Shown here: positions 19,272 through 29,556 of the stretch, piece by piece
How positions within the stretch are numbered: the first letter of the stretch is position 1
Layout: every line of letters starts with the position of its first letter
From: an uncultured delta proteobacterium
Lineage (GTDB): Bacteria > Desulfobacterota > Binatia > Binatales > Binataceae
Direction of reading: 5' to 3'
NCBI GenBank assembly: GCA_963794325.1
Contig: CAWCDG010000004.1
Span: 704,001-768,000 of the forward strand
Length of the DNA stretch: 64,000 bases
Made by a program: the position numbers and the translations under genes
Notes under the pieces: generated by a model
Databases searched by the model: none
What the model saw: only the letters and a program-made list of their open reading frames with translations
What the model was told of the DNA's origin: nothing

Positions 19272-20684
19272 ATGGTCCCCTTCGGCAAAATTCCTCGCAT
19301 CGTGATTGCGGCGACTGGCAGCGGGGTCGGCAAGACTACTGCGACGGTCGCGCTGATGGGTGCACTGCGCGCGCGCGGGCTCAAGGTCGCGGCGTTCAAG
19401 TGCGGCCCCGACTATCTCGATCCCACCTATCACGAACGCGCGGCCGGCGTGCGCTCGCACAACCTTGATGGCTGGATGATGGATCGCGACGCGGTAGTTG
19501 CGACCTTTGCACGCGCGTCCGCCGACGCCGACATCGCGGTGATCGAGGGCATGATGGGGCTGTTCGATTCGGCGACGCCGACCGGCGATGAAGGATCGAC
19601 TGCGCAGATCGCGAAGTGGCTCGACGCGCCGGTGATCCTCGTCACTGACGCCTCGGGCGTCGCGCGCACAATCGCCGCAGTGGCAGCGGGTTTCGCGCGC
19701 TTCGATCCGGCAGTTCGGGTGGCCGGCATGATCTGCAATCGCGTTGGCGGACGGGGGCATCTCGATTTGCTGCGTGCTGCGCAGCCCGAGGTTCCGATTG
19801 TTGGTGGATTCCCCGCCAGTGCCGAACTCGCTTTTCCCGAGCGTCATCTCGGTCTGCTGATGGCGGACGAATCGAATGTGCCGCAACGGCTGATCGATGG
19901 ATGGAGCCGGCTTGCCGCCGAATGGCTGGATATCGACGCGATCGTCGAGATCGCGCGCTCGGCGCCGGCACTGGACGCCGGTCGCACGTCGGACCCGATA
20001 CAAATCGATTCGAGTTCGCGGCCGCGAGGCCGAATCGGCGTGGCGTACGATGCTGCGTTTCACTTTTACTATGAAGATAATTTGAATCGGCTTCGCTCGA
20101 TCGGCGCGGAGATTGTACATTTCTCGCCGATCCGCGATCGCGAACTGCCCGAGGTCGATGGACTGTACTTCGGCGGGGGATATCCGGAGGCGTTCGCGCG
20201 CGAGCTGTCTTCGAATACGGCAATGCTCGCCGCCATTCGAGGGTTCGCTGCTCGCGGCGGAGCGGTTTACGCCGAATGCGGCGGTCTGATGTATCTGACC
20301 GATGCGATCCGAACGCTCGACGGCGTGCGGTGGCCGATGTCGGCGATTATTCCCGGAGTCGCGGCGATGTCCGAGAAGCTGCAGGCGATCGGCTACGTCG
20401 AAGTTGAGACGCGCGCGGATTCGATTCTCGGGCCGGCAGGAACGCGATTTCGAGGCCATCAGTTTCGCCACTCGACGCTTGAAGGAGCTGATGGCGGGAT
20501 TCGGATCGATCGCATTTATAATGTGGCGCCGCGATGGGGTGGCGCGCCGTTCGCCGAAGGCTATAGCGTCGGAAATGTTCTCGCATCATATGTGCACGCG
20601 CACTGGGCGTCGAATCCGGCGGTTGCCGAGTCCCTCATCAACGCCTGCATTCGGTCCCGCGTCGCAAGACAACCGGCTGCGTAG
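19272..20684 (+). CDS. cbiA: Cobyrinate a,c-diamide synthase
   Basis: SGVGKTT, KCGPDYLDP, IEGMMGLFD, AECGGLMY, SYVHAH. Confidence 0.92.
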   Translation: MVPFGKIPRIVIAATGSGVGKTTATVALMGALRARGLKVAAFKCGPDYLDPTYHERAAGVRSHNLDGWMMDRDAVVATFARASADADIAVIEGMMGLFDSATPTGDEGSTAQIAKWLDAPVILVTDASGVARTIAAVAAGFARFDPAVRVAGMICNRVGGRGHLDLLRAAQPEVPIVGGFPASAELAFPERHLGLLMADESNVPQRLIDGWSRLAAEWLDIDAIVEIARSAPALDAGRTSDPIQIDSSSRPRGRIGVAYDAAFHFYYEDNLNRLRSIGAEIVHFSPIRDRELPEVDGLYFGGGYPEAFARELSSNTAMLAAIRGFAARGGAVYAECGGLMYLTDAIRTLDGVRWPMSAIIPGVAAMSEKLQAIGYVEVETRADSILGPAGTRFRGHQFRHSTLEGADGGIRIDRIYNVAPRWGGAPFAEGYSVGNVLASYVHAHWASNPAVAESLINACIRSRVARQPAA

Positions 20685-20701
20685 CGTCTAGAATTGCCGT
20701 C

Positions 20702-21568
20702 ATGAGCATCGACCGCGCAGATCAGAATCGAGGTAAAGACCGCACGAAAATTCCGGGCGAATTTCCCGCCGCGCCGCTGACGCTCGAAGGCTACGGCATT
20801 CTACATCAGATGTTCCGCGTGCGACGGCGCCAATTGCGCGCGCTCGACAGTGCGAAACGCGACGCGGCGATCAGCGCCGCGTCGAAGCTCTTCGGCGAGA
20901 TGGCGCGGGGCGAGAGCGGTGAGACCGCGCTTTTTTCAGTCATTGGGCACAAGGGCGATCTGATGATCGTCCACTTCCGGCGCAGCTTCGAGGAACTTGG
21001 GCAGGCCGAGCACGCAGTCGCGGCGCTCGCACTCAGCGACTATCTGGAACCGACCACTTCGTATCTTTCAGTGATTGAAATCGGGCTGTACGAGGCGACG
21101 GTCGCGCTCTATCGCAAGCTCGTCGATCAGGGAATCGGGCCGCATTCGCCTCAATGGAAATCTGAAATCGAGTCCGAGATTGCCCGGCAGCGCGAAAAAA
21201 TTTCGCCGCGACTGTTTCCGAAAATCCCCGCGCGGCCCTACCTGTGTTTCTATCCGATGGACAAGAAGCGCGACGGCGCTGACAACTGGTATCGCTTGCC
21301 AATCGAGGATCGCCAGCGCCTGATGCACGATCACGGGATGGTCGGGCGGCGTTTCGCCGGCGAGGTGACGCAAATTATTTCGGGCTCGATCGGCTTCGAC
21401 GATTGGGAATGGGGCGTCGATCTGTTCGCCGACGATCCGCTCGTGTTCAAGAAACTCGTCTATGAAATGCGGTTCGACGAGGCCAGCGCGTCGTACGCGA
21501 AGTTCGGCCCATTCTACGTCGGCCTCCGCCTCGAGCCGTCCGCACTGGCGAAACTCTTCTCGATCTGA
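20702..21568 (+). CDS. hemQ: Coproheme decarboxylase (HemQ/ChdC)
   Basis: YPMDKKR, NWY.L, HG.VGR, GSIGFDDWEWGV, VYEMRFDE. Confidence 0.88.
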   Translation: MSIDRADQNRGKDRTKIPGEFPAAPLTLEGYGILHQMFRVRRRQLRALDSAKRDAAISAASKLFGEMARGESGETALFSVIGHKGDLMIVHFRRSFEELGQAEHAVAALALSDYLEPTTSYLSVIEIGLYEATVALYRKLVDQGIGPHSPQWKSEIESEIARQREKISPRLFPKIPARPYLCFYPMDKKRDGADNWYRLPIEDRQRLMHDHGMVGRRFAGEVTQIISGSIGFDDWEWGVDLFADDPLVFKKLVYEMRFDEASASYAKFGPFYVGLRLEPSALAKLFSI

Positions 21569-21687
21569 TCGTGACCCGCATTATTTCGTAGCCCGACAGC
21601 GCCAGCGCGCGCAGGGTCCGATCCGTACCAGCTTGACGTAAGGCGAACAAATGACGAAGATGGGTCGCTTCAAGGAGGACATATCCA

Positions 21688-22149
21688 ATGGCGACCTGGA
21701 ATGAATTCGAAACCGACGCGCCCGATATCGCCGAAGCTGGAAAGAAGTTGCTCTATCAATTCGGCGTCGGGCTGGCCTTCCTCGCGACGCTCCGCAAAGA
21801 CGGCGCGCCGCGCCTCCATCCGGTTTGCCCCACCGTCCTCGACGGCCACCTCTACGCACTCATCGGTCCGAGTCCGAAGCGCGGCGATTTGAAGCGCGAC
21901 GGCCGCTACGCACTGCATACCTTCCCGCCGGTCGAGGTCGATGACGAGTTCCTGGTGATGGGTCGCGCGACGTTCATCGACGACAAGGTGATCGAGGACA
22001 AAGTCCGTAACGATTGCGTGAGCCGCGGGATGACCACGACCGGCGACGATCTCCCGTTCGAGTTCCGCATCGAAAGCGTGATGCATGCGAAGTACCCGGG
22101 CGGCCACGGCACCTGGCCGCCGAAGTATTCGATTTGGAAATCGCGCTGA
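21688..22149 (+). CDS. Pyridoxamine 5'-phosphate oxidase-like (split-barrel) protein
   Basis: LATLRKDGAPRLHPV, SPKRGDLKRDGRYALH; RBS AAGGAGG. Confidence 0.85.
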   Translation: MATWNEFETDAPDIAEAGKKLLYQFGVGLAFLATLRKDGAPRLHPVCPTVLDGHLYALIGPSPKRGDLKRDGRYALHTFPPVEVDDEFLVMGRATFIDDKVIEDKVRNDCVSRGMTTTGDDLPFEFRIESVMHAKYPGGHGTWPPKYSIWKSR

Positions 22150-22215
22150 TGTTTTGAGTAATGCGGTCGAAAGAAAAATCACCGCAACTCGCGATCGCCG
22201 GCCAGACCCTCGCTC

Positions 22216-22509
22216 TTACTCGTCGCGATCCTTGAACGCGATCTCGATATTCTGCGCCAGCTTGAAATCCTTGTCGGTCACTCCGCCGTCGCTATGCGTC
22301 GAGCACGAAAACGTCACCTTGGTATAGCTGATGGTGATATCCGGATGATGGTCGGCGGCCTCCGCAATCTCGGCGACCTTCTGCACGAACTCGATGCCGT
22401 GCAGGAATTCCTTGAACTTGAACGTCTTGCTGATGGCGTTGTTCTTGGACTCCCATCCGGGGAGAGCCTTGAGCTTCTCTGCGATTTGATCCGCGCTGAG
22501 TTTCGGCAT
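22216..22509 (-). CDS. Pterin-4-alpha-carbinolamine dehydratase
   Basis: AEAADHHPDI, STHSDGGVTDKD; start at ATG 22509 behind GGAGG. Confidence 0.9.
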   Translation of the reverse strand: MPKLSADQIAEKLKALPGWESKNNAISKTFKFKEFLHGIEFVQKVAEIAEAADHHPDITISYTKVTFSCSTHSDGGVTDKDFKLAQNIEIAFKDRDE

Positions 22510-22665
22510 CTTGAGATCCTCCGGCAGATATATTGTCGATAGCTCTATCATAGTGCATCGAGAGTGTGCGGCGTTATACCCGTCGCGCGCGCCTGTGGTA
22601 AAGGTGGGCGCTGGTGCAAGCAGAGGGAGCGAAGATCGAAAACGCACACAAGGGACACTAAAACG

Positions 22666-23115
22666 ATGGCGAACAAATACGTTACCGACGAAGCTCGCAA
22701 GCAAATCGGCAAGACCTCCGAGCCGCGGACTTACGAAGTCGAGCGCGGCGCGATTCGCCGCTTTGCCGAGGCGATCGAGGATCGCAATCCGCTGTTCAAC
22801 AGCGAGCGCGACGCGCGCCAGACCCGCTTCGGCGGAATGATCGCACCGCCAACCTTCGGCCGCTCGATGGGCTCGCCGATTCCCGACATCAAGCTCGACA
22901 TGCCGACCTTCCGCGGCCTCGACGGCGGATCGGATTGGGAATACTTCGTGCCGATTCGCCCCGGCGACCGAATCACCGTGCAATCGAAGCTCGTCGATTT
23001 GCGCGAAGCAGCCGGCCGCCTCGGCCCGATGGTCTTCACGGTCGTCGAGACCACCTACACCAACCAGTTCGGCGAAGTCTGCGTCATCCAACGCTCGACC
23101 GGAATCCGATATTAA
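22666..23115 (+). CDS. MaoC-like dehydratase, N-terminal-type (HadA-like) subunit
   Basis: VERGAIRRFAEAI.D.NPL, IAPPTF, PIRPGD. Confidence 0.85.
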   Translation: MANKYVTDEARKQIGKTSEPRTYEVERGAIRRFAEAIEDRNPLFNSERDARQTRFGGMIAPPTFGRSMGSPIPDIKLDMPTFRGLDGGSDWEYFVPIRPGDRITVQSKLVDLREAAGRLGPMVFTVVETTYTNQFGEVCVIQRSTGIRY

Positions 23116-23133
23116 ATTTCACTGAGAAAAACG

Positions 23134-23574
23134 ATGGCTAAGCAAATTTATTTCGAAGATGTTCAAGTCGGCACCGAGATCGGGCCGCTCGAAAAGAATC
23201 CGACCACCCAGCAGCTCGTCCGCTACGCCGGCGCGTCGGGCGACTTCTATCAGATCCACTACGACAAGGATTTCGCGCTAGGCAACAACCTGCCCGGCGT
23301 AATCCTGCACGGCGCGTTGAAGAATGCGTTCCTCGGCCATCTGATGACCGACTTCGCCGGCGAGCTCGGATGGCTGCGCAAGCTCGGCGTGCAGTACCGC
23401 GGGATGGATCAGCCGGGCACCAAGGTCGTCGCTCGCGGCAAGGTTTCGAAGAAATACACCGAGGGCGGCTACAACCTGGTCGATTGCGAAATCTGGCTCG
23501 AGAACGCCAAGGGCGAAAAGACCACGCCGGGTTCCGCCACCGTCATTCTGCCTTCGCGGGCAGCGAGCCGATGA
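23134..23574 (+). CDS. MaoC dehydratase (HadB-like) catalytic subunit
   Basis: YAGASGDFYQIHYD, ILHG hydratase-2 motif. Confidence 0.9.
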   Translation: MAKQIYFEDVQVGTEIGPLEKNPTTQQLVRYAGASGDFYQIHYDKDFALGNNLPGVILHGALKNAFLGHLMTDFAGELGWLRKLGVQYRGMDQPGTKVVARGKVSKKYTEGGYNLVDCEIWLENAKGEKTTPGSATVILPSRAASR

Positions 23575-23585
23575 GGTAGTACCCG

Positions 23586-24344
23586 ATGCCGACCCGGCGC
23601 GAGTTCCCGCCCCGATCGCTGAACGCCGAGGCGCTCAACGAGGGCCGCGTCGATTCGCACTACACCAAAGTGCTGATCCGCCTGCTCGCCGCGCACGCGA
23701 TGGCCGAGAAGCTGACCGCGCTCGGCTATCAGCGCGCGCTCGCGACGCTCGACAATCCCGACCTGCGTCCAATCGTCGAGAAGAATTTCGCCGAAGAAAA
23801 GAAGCACGCGCGGCTCATCTACGATGTGCTCGATGAACTCGGAGTCACGCAGCAAGCCGCCGACCGCTCGATGATCATGGTGCTGAAGGCGCCCTCGTTC
23901 GACGCGCCCAGCTACTTCGCATCGAAGGCCGAAGGCGAGCTCGACCTGCTGATGGCGTCGCTAAGTCTCGACACCACCGGCCTCATCATGATTGGCGAGA
24001 ACTACAAGGAGTCGAGCTACGCGCCGCACGCGCGCGCCGCCGAAATAATCCTCGACGAGGAAGCGGACCACGAGATTTTCGCGTCGCGGCAGCTCGGCGA
24101 CGCCGTCGATCGTTTCGGCGCCCAGTCGGTCAACACCGCGCTCCGACGATGGATCCCGCGCGCGGTGAATTTCTTCGGCCCGCCCGGCACCGGCTTCACC
24201 TACGACTGCCTCCGCTACGGCCTGAAGTCGAGGGACAACGAAGAACTAGCCGAGCTGTACGTCACGATGCTCTCGCGCCGCTGCGACCAACTAGGCCTCG
24301 AGATGCCCGCCCTCACAGCAACCTATCCGCACTCCCTCGCCTGA
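23586..24344 (+). CDS. Ferritin-like diiron protein, PaaA/PaaC-like
   Basis: EEKKH and EEADH ExxH motifs, SSYAP, W.PRAVNFFG. Confidence 0.7.
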   Translation: MPTRREFPPRSLNAEALNEGRVDSHYTKVLIRLLAAHAMAEKLTALGYQRALATLDNPDLRPIVEKNFAEEKKHARLIYDVLDELGVTQQAADRSMIMVLKAPSFDAPSYFASKAEGELDLLMASLSLDTTGLIMIGENYKESSYAPHARAAEIILDEEADHEIFASRQLGDAVDRFGAQSVNTALRRWIPRAVNFFGPPGTGFTYDCLRYGLKSRDNEELAELYVTMLSRRCDQLGLEMPALTATYPHSLA

Positions 24345-24402
24345 ATCCTTCTTACCTCGGCGGACCGCAACGCGGTCGGTAGGGTGAGGGTTCCGCGGCG
24401 TC

Positions 24403-25215
24403 TCACGAAATCCTGACCCTCCCCCACTCGATTCGGGTCTGCACATTGAACGTGAGCATTCCGTCTCGACTGTGGCGCGCAAGGATCCCGGTCATCGCGG
24501 CATCGAACTCAGCCGACGCCTTTTCGCCAAGATGATCTTCCGACCACGTTGCGCGCGAATGCTGGCAGCGTAGATAGTCTGCGATGCTTTGCGAGAATGG
24601 AACGGGCGCGGTGATTCGATGCCCCACTCGCTCGAACGCCGGATGAACAAGCACCGGCTCGGCGAATCGCTCACTCACCGTCTTCCACCAGCTCGGACGC
24701 CGACCCTCACGTGCGGCGATAAAGTCGATCATGAAGGCGGTCTCTTCGCGCTCCCATGGCGCATCGACGGGAGCGTCGCCGTCGAGCACCGCCAGCATCG
24801 CGCCGTCGGCTAAGGCATCGGCAAAGCGCGGCATTGTTCGATCGAGATCCATCCAGTGAATACTCGACGCTGCAACGATCAACCCGTACGGCGGTTCGAG
24901 CGGCGCACCTTCGATCGACGCGTGAATCCATCGAATCTTGGGGCTCGCGGCGCAGGGAAGAGAGCGCGCCACCCGCAACATTGCGTCCGATGGATCGACG
25001 GCGTCGGCGCGATCGATCTGATCGATAAGTCCAAACGTGATCTTTCCCGTACCGCATCCGGCATCGAGGAGCGTTCGCGGATGCCCGCGCATCAGCTCCA
25101 GCAGCGTCTCGTACACTTCCTTCGGATACGGTGGGCGGAAAAGATAGTTTGCCGCCATTCGCTCCGCGGAAAAGCGACGCCCTCGGGCGCGGGGGGCGGC
25201 GGCTGGGTCGTTCAA
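24403..25215 (-). CDS. Class I SAM-dependent methyltransferase
   Basis: RPPYP, LDAGCGTG, VDPS..ML, HWMD; start uncertain. Confidence 0.85.
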   Translation of the reverse strand: MNDPAAAPRARGRRFSAERMAANYLFRPPYPKEVYETLLELMRGHPRTLLDAGCGTGKITFGLIDQIDRADAVDPSDAMLRVARSLPCAASPKIRWIHASIEGAPLEPPYGLIVAASSIHWMDLDRTMPRFADALADGAMLAVLDGDAPVDAPWEREETAFMIDFIAAREGRRPSWWKTVSERFAEPVLVHPAFERVGHRITAPVPFSQSIADYLRCQHSRATWSEDHLGEKASAEFDAAMTGILARHSRDGMLTFNVQTRIEWGRVRIS

Positions 25216-25457
25216 GATTTCATTCCCATTTTTACAATCTTAAATCGGGTCAGAGCGCATACCCTAAGCGTCTTCGTCGGCATCGACGCACAGGCAATGC
25301 CACTCCGCGTTGGAGTTGCAAACACTCCCAATTTTTTCTGTCCTTCGGAGCACATATTCTGCGCATTTGACGCCGCTGGTCATAGCGACGCGATTCGCAC
25401 ACTACTAGATTTCTATCGAGCTCGCCGCACCCTTTTCACCCGGGAGGTGACATTCCA

Positions 25458-25751
25458 ATGGATCGTGAAGTATGGAACAGCCACCAATGGTCCAGCGCTC
25501 ATGAGCGTCGGGTAGAAATCGTGTCCGGCAAGCAGCTCGTCCAGCATCATTGTTCGCGATGCAGACGCGACTTCGCTGAGGATCCTGCGACCAGCGAACG
25601 ATACGCGGCTTATGTTTCTGTAATCAGCTTCCGGAAACTGCCGGACGTAATCACCAGGCAATGGCTCGCCGAGCTATGTCCCGGCGCGCCGCGGCCTTAT
25701 GACATCGAAGTCCGCAGCATGCTGATCGAAAATCGCGCCAACGCCAAGTAG
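25458..25751 (+). CDS. Hypothetical protein with CxxC motif
   Basis: Strong RBS GGAGGTG; HHCSRC and LCPG. Confidence 0.65.
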   Translation: MDREVWNSHQWSSAHERRVEIVSGKQLVQHHCSRCRRDFAEDPATSERYAAYVSVISFRKLPDVITRQWLAELCPGAPRPYDIEVRSMLIENRANAK

Positions 25752-25888
25752 ATCGCGCACAAGGCGCACCCCTTCTACTTCATCGCGACATCAAATCGCG
25801 GCAGTCCAACCAACTGGCAAACGGGCACACGCGGCGCTCGCCGATTTTGCCTTTGCGATTACGTCGGATAGACGAAGCGGTGGCGGTA

Positions 25889-27226
25889 TTACTCGCTGTC
25901 GTCGAGAGCGCGCAGAGCGAGGCCGCGGGCGACGGAGGTGAACTCGTCACCCATGCGAATCCGGTCGGCGCCGAAGCGCTCGACAAAAATCCGGCGCACC
26001 GCGGGGACGAAGGACGATCCTCCGGTAAGGAACACGCTGTCGATCGCGTCGGGCTTGAGCGCGACCGTCTTCAGCAGCCGGTCGACGCATCCGGCGATCT
26101 CCTCGAGATAGCGTGCGATCCAATTTTCGAAATCGGGCCGCGCAACGATCTTCTCGATCAGGACCGGCGGATCGGAAAACCTGAAATCCGCCGATTCCAG
26201 CGCCGACAATTCGAGCTTGGTTTTCTCGACGGATCGAAACAGGAAGTAGCCGAGATCGTTTTCCACGATATGAATCAACGCCGCGATCTTTTCGGGATCG
26301 AGCGATTCACGGCGCAACTCCTCGAACCGGAGCATCGTCGCGCGAGCCTTGAGGAACGACAGATGATGCCATCGCTCGAGTTTGGTGTACGGCCAGGTGG
26401 GCGCCGGCAGCACCATCCCGTACGGCGAGCGATACCTGGTGCCGCGGCCGAGAGCGGGCGCGACCAGATGACGCATCACGCGCCCATCGAAGGCATCGCC
26501 GGCAATGCCTACGCCGTCGTTGCCGAGAATTTCGTAACGGGCCGCGCCATGCTTCGCCGCGGTTCGCGGCTTGAGCTGCAAGATGGAGAAATCGCTGGTG
26601 CCGCCGCCGAAGTCGGCGATCAGCACCGTCTCGTCACGCGTGATTCGGAGCGCATAGTCGTATGCCGCCGCAACCGGCTCGTACTCGAAGACCACGTCGG
26701 TCCATCCGGCGCGGCGAATCGCAATATCCAAGCGGCTGCGCGCTAGCGCCTCGTCCGGATTTCCAGCGGCGGCAAAATGAACCGGACGACCGACCACGAT
26801 TCGCGGCGGCAACTCGCCGAACTGTTCAATCGCGGCGTCGCGCAACGCGCTGATGATCGGAGCAATCAGGTCGCCCAGCGTGTAGGTCTCGCCCATGATG
26901 TCGGTCGATTCGAAAGTCTTGTCGGCCAGGAACGACTTCAGCGATTGCACGAGCCGCCCGTTGCCAGCCGCCGCGAGATAGCGGCGAATCGCGTCGTTGC
27001 CGACCGACACCGCAGAATCGGTGCCGCCGGTTTCCTCCGGCGCCTCGAAAAACAAAATCGATCGGAACGTCTCGGTCCGATCACCGCCCTCGGCGGCGGA
27101 GAAGCCAGCCAGGCGCGGCGATCCGTCGGCGCCGACGATCGCAATTGCGCTGTTGGTAGTGCCGAAATCGAGTCCGACCGCCTCAACCTTGCCCGCGGCG
27201 CGAGCGCTGGAACCTTCCTGCATCAT
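25889..27226 (-). CDS. Hsp70-family protein (YegD-like)
   Basis: GLDFGTTNS, GRPV, EPVAAA, DFGGGTSD, TGGSS. Confidence 0.88.
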   Translation of the reverse strand: MMQEGSSARAAGKVEAVGLDFGTTNSAIAIVGADGSPRLAGFSAAEGGDRTETFRSILFFEAPEETGGTDSAVSVGNDAIRRYLAAAGNGRLVQSLKSFLADKTFESTDIMGETYTLGDLIAPIISALRDAAIEQFGELPPRIVVGRPVHFAAAGNPDEALARSRLDIAIRRAGWTDVVFEYEPVAAAYDYALRITRDETVLIADFGGGTSDFSILQLKPRTAAKHGAARYEILGNDGVGIAGDAFDGRVMRHLVAPALGRGTRYRSPYGMVLPAPTWPYTKLERWHHLSFLKARATMLRFEELRRESLDPEKIAALIHIVENDLGYFLFRSVEKTKLELSALESADFRFSDPPVLIEKIVARPDFENWIARYLEEIAGCVDRLLKTVALKPDAIDSVFLTGGSSFVPAVRRIFVERFGADRIRMGDEFTSVARGLALRALDDSE

Positions 27227-27404
27227 GGGTCTCACGATCAGGGCGCGCCGAACGCTTGTCAACGTTGAGCATCGCGCATATACTCGCCAAACCCTCAGGA
27301 TGTGGATCGCCGTACGAGCTGCATCCGCCAAAAGCCCGGTCCTTCAGCGGACGAGATGTTCTCGTCCGTATTTTTTTCGAGCCGCGTCGCGCGGGAGGAA
27401 GAGA

Positions 27405-28202
27405 ATGCCGCCGCAAATTCGCGAGTCTGAGGTCGCCGCCCGATGGGATCGGAATGCCGATGTGTGGAGCGAGCAGGTTCGCGGCCGCTGGGACATTTTT
27501 CGCGAGCATTATAACAATCCCGCTTTCCTGGAATTCGCCGGTGACTTGAGCGGCAAGACCGTGCTGGATGCCGGATGCGGTGAGGGCCACAACACCAGGA
27601 TGTTCGCGCGGCGCGGCGCCCGTATGACGGGAGCCGATCTGTCGGCGAAGATGATCGAGTTCGCGCGCGCCGAGGAAATCCGCGAACCGCTGGGAATCCG
27701 CTACGAGCGCGCGTCCTTCACCGACCTGGCGACTTTCAGCGCTGAATCGTTCGATGCGGTTATCTCGACGATGGCGCTGATGGACGGTCCCGATTTTCCG
27801 GGCGCGATGCGGGAACTCGCGCGCGTGCTGCGCCCCGGCGGCACGCTCGCCTACAGCATCCTGCATCCATGTTTCTCGACCAGAGGTTTCGGCTGGATTA
27901 CCGATGCGTCAGGACGCGCGATCAAATTCACCGTCGCGGAATATTTTAATGACGAGCCATGGATCGATCGTTGGAAGTTCGGCCACGCGCCCAACGCCGA
28001 ACAGATCGAGAAATTCGCAGTCCCTCGTTTCGATCGCAAACTGTCCGACTACATCAACCCCGTAATCGCGGCCGGTTTGCGCCTCGAAGAGATTCGCGAG
28101 CCGCGCGCGCCCGAGTCCGCGTGTGAATTGTATCCGGTGGCGTTTCGCAAATTCCGCGATCACATCCCACTATTCTTTTACGTGCGCGCGTCGAAGCCGT
28201 GA
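27405..28202 (+). CDS. Class I SAM-dependent methyltransferase
   Basis: VLDAGCGEG, VLRPGG, HPCF; RBS GGAGG. Confidence 0.88.
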   Translation: MPPQIRESEVAARWDRNADVWSEQVRGRWDIFREHYNNPAFLEFAGDLSGKTVLDAGCGEGHNTRMFARRGARMTGADLSAKMIEFARAEEIREPLGIRYERASFTDLATFSAESFDAVISTMALMDGPDFPGAMRELARVLRPGGTLAYSILHPCFSTRGFGWITDASGRAIKFTVAEYFNDEPWIDRWKFGHAPNAEQIEKFAVPRFDRKLSDYINPVIAAGLRLEEIREPRAPESACELYPVAFRKFRDHIPLFFYVRASKP

Positions 28203-28210
28203 GACATCGC

Positions 28211-28630
28211 ATGATTCGTACTTTGACTGGAATTCTCGCTTGCATGATGCTCGCCGGATGCGGCGTGCAGGGCGAAGCCTATCAGCCGCGACCTACTCCC
28301 GCGGCGCAGGCCGTCATCTACATATACCGGCCGTACGAGCTGCTCGGTTCGCAGGCGGATCCGATGATCACGTGCGGGCATGAGAGTATCGAACTGGAGA
28401 AGGCCGGCTTTGACGAGTTCATCGCGGACAGCGGTCCCGTGGCCTGCTCGGCGGTCGGCGATCCAGGCGCCGACCTGAAGTTTGACGCGCACGCAGGCGA
28501 GCAATACTTCATCAGGGAGGATGTCGTTTCGAGCGGGCTCGCCGGCAGCCGAGTGCATTTCAAATTGATGAATCCCGACGTGGCCCACGACCAAATCAAG
28601 GAATGCAACCGACAGGGAATCAAGCAGTGA
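28211..28630 (+). CDS. DUF2846-like lipoprotein
   Basis: LAGC lipobox, VIYIYRP, GEQYFIR. Confidence 0.7.
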   Translation: MIRTLTGILACMMLAGCGVQGEAYQPRPTPAAQAVIYIYRPYELLGSQADPMITCGHESIELEKAGFDEFIADSGPVACSAVGDPGADLKFDAHAGEQYFIREDVVSSGLAGSRVHFKLMNPDVAHDQIKECNRQGIKQ

Positions 28631-29550
28631 ATCAAACGCCGCGAATCGTAACCCTGCTGCCGAGCGCGACGGAGATCGTTTGCGCGCTCGGTTTCGAAAA
28701 TCAACTGGTCGGCCGCTCGCATGAATGCGACTTCCCGCGCTCGGTCACGCGCATCCCCCCGTTGACGGAACCAAAATTCAATCCCGAAGGCACCAGCGCG
28801 GAAATCGACCAGCGAGTGAAGAAGATCGTCAACGACGCGCTCTCGGTCTATCGCGTCGATGCGGCCAAGCTGCGCGAACTTCGGCCCGACGTGATCGTCA
28901 CGCAATCGCAGTGCGAAGTGTGCGCGGTCAGCGAGCGCGACGTGGAAGCCGCGGTCGCCGAATGGCTCGGCACGCGGCCGAGGATCGTTTCGCTTGCGCC
29001 ATACGGTCTCGACGACATCTTCACCGACATGCAGCGGGTCGCGGATGCGCTCGACGCACATGCACGCGGGACGGAACTGGTCGAGCGGCTGCGCGGGCGA
29101 CTCACGACGATTGCGGACAAGGCTCGCGGTGCGTCGGAGCGGCCGAGCGTCGCGACGATCGAATGGATCGATCCCATGATGGCGGCGGGAAACTGGATGC
29201 CGACGCTGGTCGAGATGGCCGGCGGAGTGAATCTCTTCGGCAAGGCCGGCGAGCATTCACCGTGGATGAAATTCGACGAGCTGGCCGCGAAAGATCCCGA
29301 TGTGATCCTGATTTCGCCGTGCGGCTTCAACATGGATCGCGCGGCGCAGGATCTGCCGGCGCTGACAGATCGCGCAGAGTGGAACGGGCTGAAGGCCGTG
29401 CGCGCGGGTCGAGTCTTCATGGCCGACGGCAACCAGTATTTCAACCGGCCGGGCCCGCGAATCGCGGACTCGCTGGAAATCCTCGCCGAGATCACGCATC
29501 CCGAGCTTTTCCATTTCGGTCACGAAGGCTCAGGCTGGCGCCGACTCTAG
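28627..29550 (+). CDS. BtuF-like cobalamin/Fe-chelate binding protein without a signal peptide
   Basis: RIVTLLPSATEI, SHECDFP, QCEVCAV, FNRPGPR. Confidence 0.85.
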   Translation: MNQTPRIVTLLPSATEIVCALGFENQLVGRSHECDFPRSVTRIPPLTEPKFNPEGTSAEIDQRVKKIVNDALSVYRVDAAKLRELRPDVIVTQSQCEVCAVSERDVEAAVAEWLGTRPRIVSLAPYGLDDIFTDMQRVADALDAHARGTELVERLRGRLTTIADKARGASERPSVATIEWIDPMMAAGNWMPTLVEMAGGVNLFGKAGEHSPWMKFDELAAKDPDVILISPCGFNMDRAAQDLPALTDRAEWNGLKAVRAGRVFMADGNQYFNRPGPRIADSLEILAEITHPELFHFGHEGSGWRRL

Positions 29551-29556
29551 CCGCGG

